From: an uncultured bacterium
GTDB lineage: Bacteria; CSSED10-310; CAZUFC01
DNA length: 16,588 bases
Reading direction: 5' to 3'
Assembly (NCBI GenBank): GCA_964619725.1
Contig: CAZUFC010000164.1
Location: 1 to 16,588, forward strand
A program made the position numbers and the translations under genes. Below, piece after piece: positions 10,142 to 16,588 of the stretch (position 1 is the first letter of the stretch; every line of letters starts with the position of its first letter). Below the pieces are notes generated by a model. That model was not told the origin of the DNA, ran no database searches, and was given only the letters and a program-made list of their open reading frames with translations.

Positions 10142-13100
10142 TCAGCGTTCCGACGGCAGCATATCGCCTAAATCAGAAACCACGACATCAGCGCCGTTGC
10201 GGTGCATCTCATCGGGGCTGATGTTTCTGGCGACGGCCAGAACAAGTCCGAAGCCGCCGCGCTTTCCTGCCTGAATTCCTGAAAGAGAGTCTTCAACGAC
10301 TGCTGCCCGTTTCGGGTTCGTCCCCAGTTTGCGGGCGGCTTCCAGGAAGTAGCCGGGTTCGGGTTTGCCGGCGAGGTTCATTTCCACAGCGACATTTCCG
10401 TCAACCTTTGCATCGAGCAGATCGGTGAGTCCTGCCGCCTTCAATGTCATATCAGCATTGGCGCTTGATGTGACGACCGCAGTTTTGTATCCCTCGCAGC
10501 GCAGGCGGTGCAGCAGTCGGACCGAGCCGGGATAGGCGCGCACCCCTTTGTCCCGGATGACCTCGTGGACTTTCAGGTTCTTGCGGTTGCTTAATCCCCA
10601 CTCCGTTTCCATTTCCGGCGGATCATCGGGGGAACCTTTGGGCAGTTGGATGCCCCTGGATTCGAGAAAGTCGTGTGTGCCTTGCTCGCGAGGCTTGCCG
10701 TCAACCAGCAAAAGGTAATCGGTCCCTGTCTCGAAAGGACGGAAAGGTTCTCCCAGCCGCCGCTCTCTATCCCGCAGAAACTCATCGAACATCTCTTTCC
10801 AAGCCTGTGCATGCACCTCGGCTGTAGCGGTAAGGACGCCATCCATGTCGAAAAGGACGGCATCAAACCGGTCGCGGGGAATGACCGTTTCGACCGTAAC
10901 GGCGGGTCGTGTTTCCGGACGGCTGACGGCAAATGTCGCTGACTCTCCTTCCTGCGGGGTCTTTTCCTTACCCTGATGCAGTATGGTCAGATCGGGACCC
11001 TTTCGCAGCCGGTAAGACGCCTGGTCCCGGACAAGCTCCACCTCCAGCTCGGAACCTCGAACCGTAATCGGGAACCGGATAGCCTCCCACTCGTTAGGAA
11101 GCCGCGGGTCGAATGAAAGAACACCGCTATAATCGCGCATTCCTGCCAGTCCATAAGTCACTGCCATCCAGGTCCCGCCGATCGATGCCACGTGAACTCC
11201 GTCGCGGACGTTTCCCCCGATATCGGCCAAATCCATGAGAACGGCGTAGCGGAAATACTCGAACGCTTCTTCACCATAGCCGTTCTCCGCAGCGATAATG
11301 CTCTGGATGCAGACCGACAGGGAAGAGTCCCCGGTTGTCAGCGGATCGTAGTAATCAAAATTCCTGCGCTTCTCTTCAGCTTTGAAAGAATTTCCGAGCA
11401 GAAAAAGAGCCAGAACCACATCCGCCTGCTTGATGACGCGGTGACGGTAGATGACCAGCGGGTGGTAGTGCAGAAGGAGCGGAAAGTTTTCTTCCGGCTC
11501 GCTGTCAATATCCCAGCGCTGCTTGTCGAGAAAACTGTCATCCTGCAGGTGTATGCCGAGTTCTTCATCATAGGGAATATACATCGCCTCGGCGGCCTTT
11601 CGCCAATCTTCCGCCTCCTCCAACCGGAAGCCGGTCCGGTCCGTCGTCGCCGTGAAGCGTTCAGGCTCTTCCTGGTGCATATTAGTCAATACTTCAGCGG
11701 CATATCGCAGGTTTTCACGCGCCATCAGATTGGTATAAAGGTTGTTGTTGACCACCGTATTGTATTCATCCGGACCGGTCACGCCGTTGATGCAGAATCT
11801 TCCGCCTTTGCGGTCCGAGGAAAATCCGAGGCTCATCCAAAGTCGAGCGGTTTCCACCAGGATTTCAGCCCCGTGACTTGCCAGGAATTCCGAATCGCCG
11901 CTCATTTCGACATACTTCCGTATGGCGTAAGCTATGTCGGCATTAATGTGGTACTGTGCCGTTCCTGCTGCATAATAGGCGGAAGCCTCCTCACCGTTGA
12001 TGGTGCGCCAGGGAAAAAGCGCTCCCCTTTCGTCCACCTGATGCGCCCGCCTGCGAGCGGCCGGAAGCATGCTGTATCGAAAGCGAAGCAGATTCCCGGC
12101 TGTTCGCGGCGCCGTGTAGATCAAAAAAGGCAGCACATAGATTTCCGTATCCCAGAAATAGTGTCCTTCGTAAGTCTGTCCGGTCAGTCCGCGGGCTCCT
12201 ATGCCGGCGTTTTCCACACGGGCCGATGCCTGGAGAAGCTGGAAAAGGTTCCAGCGGAGCGACTGCTGTACGCGCCGGTCTCCAGTAATTTGTATGTCGC
12301 TGCGATGCCAGAAGTCCTCAACATAGCGTCGCTGAGAATCAAATAGCTTTTGCCGCCCTTCTTCGACCGAACGCTCATGTAAGCGCACGCTCCGGTCAGC
12401 CAACTCGGAAGCCGTTGCGTCGTCAGAAGTGAAATAGCTGATATACTTGGTGATACGGAAGCTTTTCCCCGGCCGGGCGGAGACCGTATATACCACATCG
12501 GCCTGGTCCTCCCCGCAATGCGCTTCTGCAGAATAAGCGCAGTTGCTTTGCACAACATGGTCCATGCCGCAGGCGATAGTCATCTTGCTGTTGCGGGTTC
12601 GGTACCCCAGAATGATCCTTTGATCTTCACATATCTGACAGACGGGAAGCAGAACACGTTCGCCAAAGCTTCTCGAACGCCTGGGATCGATCTTTCCAGG
12701 GTCCGGTTCCTGTGCGCCGGTCCGATCCGCTTCACTGCCCAGGTTCTCCGAAGGAAGCGCCATCTCGGAGATAATCACCAACGGCGCTTCTGCATTGTGA
12801 ACGATCACTTCATAATCAACGGCCGCCAAATGCCTGTGTTCAAAAGAAACCAGCCGCACTGACCGTATTTCCACCTGTTTTCCGGCAGGCGTTTCCCAGA
12901 GGATGCTTCTCTCAAGAAACCCTTCCCGCATATTCAGAACGCGCTCGAAGCTGAGAAGCCTGGCATCCTCAACGTTGAACGGTTCGTCGTCGACGAAAAG
13001 ACGGAGTCGCTTGGCGTCGACCACGTTGAGCATCGTCTGGGCGGTTTCTGCGAATCCATACGCCGTTTCAGCGTAAACGATCGGGGTCGTCTCATGGAAT

Positions 13101-13297
13101 CCGTTGATGAAAGTGCCGTTCTGAAATGCAGGTCGTCCTTCCTCGAAAGCGCCCCGGATGCCCAGGTATCCGTTCGCCAATGTGAAAATCGTCTCGCTCT
13201 GCGCCAGATATCTGGGCTCGAAACGCTTTTCGATTATCCGCCATTCGTCAACAGGATAAAGATATTCCGAAGCTATACGAGGCTCGCGTTGAAGCAT
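10142..13297 (-). CDS. Glycoside hydrolase family 65 (trehalose/maltose/kojibiose-type phosphorylase) fused to a C-terminal beta-phosphoglucomutase-like HAD domain
   Basis: ETIFTLANGYLGIRG, YEGHYFWDTE, GALFPWRTING, QYHINAD, VTGPDEY, KQAD, DSSLS; then FDMDGVLT, KPEP, VVEDSLSGI. AAGGAG RBS. Confidence 0.95.
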   Translation of the reverse strand: MLQREPRIASEYLYPVDEWRIIEKRFEPRYLAQSETIFTLANGYLGIRGAFEEGRPAFQNGTFINGFHETTPIVYAETAYGFAETAQTMLNVVDAKRLRLFVDDEPFNVEDARLLSFERVLNMREGFLERSILWETPAGKQVEIRSVRLVSFEHRHLAAVDYEVIVHNAEAPLVIISEMALPSENLGSEADRTGAQEPDPGKIDPRRSRSFGERVLLPVCQICEDQRIILGYRTRNSKMTIACGMDHVVQSNCAYSAEAHCGEDQADVVYTVSARPGKSFRITKYISYFTSDDATASELADRSVRLHERSVEEGRQKLFDSQRRYVEDFWHRSDIQITGDRRVQQSLRWNLFQLLQASARVENAGIGARGLTGQTYEGHYFWDTEIYVLPFLIYTAPRTAGNLLRFRYSMLPAARRRAHQVDERGALFPWRTINGEEASAYYAAGTAQYHINADIAYAIRKYVEMSGDSEFLASHGAEILVETARLWMSLGFSSDRKGGRFCINGVTGPDEYNTVVNNNLYTNLMARENLRYAAEVLTNMHQEEPERFTATTDRTGFRLEEAEDWRKAAEAMYIPYDEELGIHLQDDSFLDKQRWDIDSEPEENFPLLLHYHPLVIYRHRVIKQADVVLALFLLGNSFKAEEKRRNFDYYDPLTTGDSSLSVCIQSIIAAENGYGEEAFEYFRYAVLMDLADIGGNVRDGVHVASIGGTWMAVTYGLAGMRDYSGVLSFDPRLPNEWEAIRFPITVRGSELEVELVRDQASYRLRKGPDLTILHQGKEKTPQEGESATFAVSRPETRPAVTVETVIPRDRFDAVLFDMDGVLTATAEVHAQAWKEMFDEFLRDRERRLGEPFRPFETGTDYLLLVDGKPREQGTHDFLESRGIQLPKGSPDDPPEMETEWGLSNRKNLKVHEVIRDKGVRAYPGSVRLLHRLRCEGYKTAVVTSSANADMTLKAAGLTDLLDAKVDGNVAVEMNLAGKPEPGYFLEAARKLGTNPKRAAVVEDSLSGIQAGKRGGFGLVLAVARNISPDEMHRNGADVVVSDLGDMLPSER

Positions 13298-13372
13298 AAA
13301 AATCTCCTTATGTTAATTCAGCATTTTGTTTTAAATATTTCATAGTCATCGGGAAAGCTAACCTGAAATCGC

Positions 13373-14494
13373 CTATGCTTTCTGCACCGCCTTCTCAACT
13401 CGTCTCACCTGCTCTTCATCAATCCATTCATGGCCGACGGCATGCTCTGCCCAGTCGGAAGTCTGGCCGGCAATACAGCACGGTATACCTTCCTTTCGGA
13501 TATCCTCACCAATCTTTTCTACCTCCTGCTGACGTTCACGAGATACTTCCACAGCACGGATGTAAATACCCTGAACGCGACCAGGATGCCTCCCGACAGC
13601 TTCATAATAAATTTCCGGGTCCTGTTGTCCGCTGTCGCCAATCATTATAACAGGAAGCTCCGGATAAATAGAAAGGGTTCGATCAATCAGGTCCTTTTTG
13701 TGTTCCTTCGCACGCCTGGGGAGCGGATGTCTATAAGATATCCCCCAGTCCCTCAAAAGCAGAATAGGACCGATTGGAATTCCGTGCAACTGAAAAGCTT
13801 CTTCAATAATAGGGTAAATGGACCACGGCCCACGGGAAATGTATATTATGGGATTCTCTTCATTGTGAAGCGCCCGGAAGAATTCGGCCACGCCCGGAAA
13901 AGGTTGCCGCTGAGCCGCTTTTATCACAAAGAGGTTCCATATCATACGCAGCTTGTTGGCGACGCCTGTTTCCACAACCGTGTCGTCAATATCGCTTATG
14001 ATGAGTCTGACAGCCGAAGTGGGCGTCGAGAGAACCTTTGCCGTCCAACTGCGTGTCCGGACTTCCGGTACGGATTCCGATTGAAGAGAAAACTCGGCTT
14101 CCTGCCAATGCAGGTCCTTCGTGGGACGATTCTGGGCGACCTCTACAGAAAAATATCCGTTCGAGTCAGTCGTTACCGACTCTATGATATTATGAAATTC
14201 AGCGCTGACCTGCGTCTCGGGAATGCTCTTACTTATAAGCATGGCGTAAACATCACTTATTCGGTTCCATACGCTCTTTCGCCGACCCGATATCTGGCGC
14301 TCGACTCGCTCCGCTGCAGCGCTTTTTATGACTCGCCCTAATAGCAGTGCCCTATGAGGACCGGAAAATCCGCGGTAAGGAATAATCGCAAATCGCTCAC
14401 CACGGCCCCCCTTGCTCCACGGCGGCAACAACGTCTTCATCAGATTGCTGATTGAACGGAGAGCGCTGATGAATATATTTCGCATACTTCTCAT
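13373..14494 (-). CDS. App1-family phosphatidate phosphatase (DUF2183-like)
   Basis: IPYRGF N-motif, IISDIDDTV (DxDxT), YISRGPW, GPILLLRDWG, IGDSGQQDPEIY, IYIR. Start codon uncertain. Confidence 0.88.
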   Translation of the reverse strand: MRSMRNIFISALRSISNLMKTLLPPWSKGGRGERFAIIPYRGFSGPHRALLLGRVIKSAAAERVERQISGRRKSVWNRISDVYAMLISKSIPETQVSAEFHNIIESVTTDSNGYFSVEVAQNRPTKDLHWQEAEFSLQSESVPEVRTRSWTAKVLSTPTSAVRLIISDIDDTVVETGVANKLRMIWNLFVIKAAQRQPFPGVAEFFRALHNEENPIIYISRGPWSIYPIIEEAFQLHGIPIGPILLLRDWGISYRHPLPRRAKEHKKDLIDRTLSIYPELPVIMIGDSGQQDPEIYYEAVGRHPGRVQGIYIRAVEVSRERQQEVEKIGEDIRKEGIPCCIAGQTSDWAEHAVGHEWIDEEQVRRVEKAVQKA

Positions 14495-14829
14495 TGACTA
14501 TATTCCTTTTGAACGAATATTGCACCCTTTGTCCGGCGTCGATGGAAAGTCCGCTTTAAAAAGACAGACATCCCGGAAAGAGCGCAACGATGTCTTTGCG
14601 TTTCCATGATTCATGCCCGGGAGTGGTGAGGATATCGCTTTCTATATCTCCTTACGGCACGAAAATGCGACACATTTATTGATGCCTATCAGAAACGGCG
14701 CTCTGTGTCAATTCCGCAGCGTTTGGATAGGGATAGGAAGATTGGCGGATTTGATGGTTGGAGGTTCCGTAATGAAATTAATATCGTCGTTGCCTCGCGT
14801 TCTGAGGTCTTGATTTACATAAAAATTTT

Positions 14830-14984
14830 GGAACTGAGCAAGCCGGGGTTACACTTCTTTCAAAACTTTTGACAGTTTGTTTCAGTAATCGTGGCCGGGG
14901 TCGGTATCGCAATCGAAATCGAAAAAAAATGGCTGGTGATTCTGTCGATTTGTAAACTCAAAAGACGCACTTTTGATCAATGCT
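14830..14984 (-). mobile_element. Family-B MITE (155 bp)
   Basis: Reverse complement is collinear with 1731-1873 and 16050-16276; 6 hexamers. ATAAAAATT occurs on both sides (14819-14827 and 14985-14993), 2 nt off the left end. Confidence 0.85.
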
Positions 14985-14999
14985 ATAAAAATTATTTTC

Positions 15000-15296
15000 T
15001 CATTTCAGGTATTCTTCGAACATTTTCCTGTTCCAGTTGAGTTGAGTTCCTGCCGATTGCAACGAAGCGAGAAGTATAGCTTCTGCGATTTCCTCTTTTT
15101 CTGCTCCTGCCGCCAAAGCATCTTTGATATGATGTTCGGTACAATGTTTACACCGGAAAACTGAAGCGACGGACAGTCTTATCAGTTCCTTCGTCTTTCT
15201 GTCCAACACGGTTTCTCCTTGAGCGGCATTTGAATAGTGTTGATACGCAGCGCCTAAAGGCGACTTCCTTAAATACCACGGCGATTCATTTTTCAT
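15000..15296 (-). CDS. Carboxymuconolactone decarboxylase / AhpD-like protein
   Basis: LDRKTKELIRLSVASVFRCKHCTEHHIKDALAAGAEKEEIAEAI: CMD core with CxxC..HH. Confidence 0.9.
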   Translation of the reverse strand: MKNESPWYLRKSPLGAAYQHYSNAAQGETVLDRKTKELIRLSVASVFRCKHCTEHHIKDALAAGAEKEEIAEAILLASLQSAGTQLNWNRKMFEEYLK

Positions 15297-15426
15297 CTTC
15301 TTTCCTTTACATGTTAATTGTGAATTCTTTGCGAGGCGCTTTCATAACTCTGAGAAGGCAGGCAAAAAGCCAGTCCTGCCTCCTCAGAAAAGGTGATTAT
15401 TTGCCGTTTTACAAGCAAGAACCATT

Positions 15427-15770
15427 TTAAGTCCGCCTTTTCGTTACTTTAACCTTTTTAATTGGGAAAAATTTCATTGCAAGACCCAGGCTCCAGGTGA
15501 GTAACAGCATACCGAACATGCTGATTGAAGGAATAGGGGGTGGTGCAATCGAGCAGGAAATTTCAACCGGTACGGCAAACGCCCCGGTATTATCGGCGGC
15601 GTCAATCGCCCTTATCCGATAAATATAAGTAATTTGGCAATTTCTCACCGGATCGGCGTACCATTGGAAGTACATTTCACCGGGTTCGGCATCAATAGCG
15701 ACTTTTTCAATGAGAAATAAATCCAATACCATTCGACATCTTCAGCGCATCCTGATGCCGGGTTCCGATC
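15427..15770 (-). pseudogene. C-terminal remnant of an FN3-like surface protein with an IPTL-CTERM-like sorting signal
   Basis: YIYRIRAIDAADNTG resembles FN3 strand F. IPSISMFGMLLL is followed by a hydrophobic helix and basic tail. An FN3-like EDVEWYWIY lies just upstream in another frame; no signal peptide; a family-A copy sits directly upstream. Confidence 0.6.
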
Positions 15771-15807
15771 AATTCACTCCGCAATCTTTATGCCAACCCA
15801 CTCGCTG

Positions 15808-15975
15808 GTTTTTATCCTCATACAGCGAATTTCCCCAGCGTTGCGTCAGTCTGCGGATTTATTCAGTCAACGTATAAATAATGCGCTTACCCAAAAGCTT
15901 CATCGGGACAGATTGCGCCTCCTTCGCAAATCCTTGCTTCACTTGACTTAGTAAAAATATGGAACATTGTGGATC
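15808..15975 (-). mobile_element. Family-A repeat, degenerate copy with a small internal insertion
   Basis: GCGAATTTCCCC...TGCGTCAGTCTGCGGATTT..TCAGTCAACGTATAA...TCGCAAATC...TGGATCA matches 16327-16446, with about 30 extra bp in the central loop. Lacks the small hairpin unit. Confidence 0.75.
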
Positions 15976-16049
15976 ACTTCGTCCCCGCGCTCACGGGGAA
16001 ACAGGCGGCCTTTATAAAGATAAACGTTGCGAATGTTGTCCATTTGTTT

Positions 16050-16276
16050 GGCATTGATCAAAAAAGCCTCTTTTGAGGTTACAATTCGACAGAATCGTCT
16101 GTCATTTTATTTCGATTTCGATCACGATTGCGACACCGACGCCGGTCCCCATTGCGATACCGATTGCGATACCGACCCCGACCCCGATCCCGATTGCGAT
16201 ACCGACACTGATACCGATTACTGAAAAAAAATGTCAAACGTTTTGAAAGAAGTGTAACCACGGTTTGATCAGTCCC
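16050..16276 (+). mobile_element. Family-B MITE, complete (227 bp) with 8-bp target site duplication
   Basis: Ends GGCATTGATCAAA / TTTGATCAGTCCC (11 of 13 inverted match). ATTTGTTT directly on both flanks (16042-16049 and 16277-16284). 18 hexamers at 16113-16220. Confidence 0.9.
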
Positions 16277-16308
16277 ATTTGTTTAAAATAATCTGATTGA
16301 AGTTAACG

Positions 16309-16509
16309 AGTTTTTGTCCATAAACGGCGAATTTCCCTAATACTGCGTCAGGCTGCGGATTTGCTCAGTCAACGTATAAGCAATACCCCTACCTCGCAAA
16401 TCATTGCCTTCCTTGCCTTAAGAAAAATTCGCCCGTTTATGGATCAAAAACCCAAGTGGCTGTCCAGCATTAAATTTTGAATCGAGATTCGAGTTTATGG
16501 ACAGGCACT
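16309..16509 (-). mobile_element. Family-A repeat, complete copy (201 bp)
   Basis: Reverse complement of the 5792-5993 type element. Flanked by AACG on both sides (16305-16308 and 16510-16513). Confidence 0.88.
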
Positions 16510-16513
16510 AACG

Positions 16514-16588
16514 AGTTTTTGTCCATAAACGGCGAATTTTCCCCAGTACTGCGTCAGGCTGCGGATGTACTCAATCAACGTATAATAA
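16514..16588 (-). mobile_element. Family-A repeat, tandem copy (cut by window end)
   Basis: Repeats 16309-16378 with a 205-bp period and several substitutions. Confidence 0.85.

Noticed and set aside
7301-14341. Many overlapping ORFs up to 384 aa within the ATPase, GH65 and App1 genes
   Set aside because: Antisense or alternate-frame ORFs in GC-rich coding DNA with no recognisable motifs.
16027-16261. Asp-repeat and Arg-repeat small ORFs
   Set aside because: Translations of the MITE hexamer array.
16304-16588. Family-A repeats as a CRISPR array or attC sites
   Set aside because: Units are about 200 bp with no unique spacers or cassette genes between them, and there is no paired RYYYAAC/GTTRRRY core.

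Overview
Bacterial window with all intact genes on the minus strand. The core block (6178-14494) encodes an App1-family phosphatase, a GH65 phosphorylase fused to a beta-phosphoglucomutase-like HAD domain, a P2A-type cation ATPase and a tandem universal stress protein. Outside it are a secreted collagen-like protein with 112 uninterrupted Gly-X-Y triplets, an AhpD/CMD protein and a decayed FN3/IPTL-CTERM gene. The intergenic DNA is crowded with two families of miniature inverted-repeat elements. Family A is about 201 bp, has a double hairpin and short target duplications, and includes a tandem pair. Family B is 143-227 bp, has GGCATTGATCAAA-type ends, a variable CGAYNN hexamer array and an 8-bp target duplication at one copy. 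A ruined IS256/Mutator-like DDE transposase is followed by a family-B-type end. The most unusual locus is 319-1725. Its 468-aa ORF looks like two integron-type gene cassettes (a TIM-barrel metalloenzyme and a PD-(D/E)XK nuclease) fused in frame through a degenerate attC-like site, bracketed by two inverted family-B elements, with no integrase in view. All calls were made by eye, without database searches.
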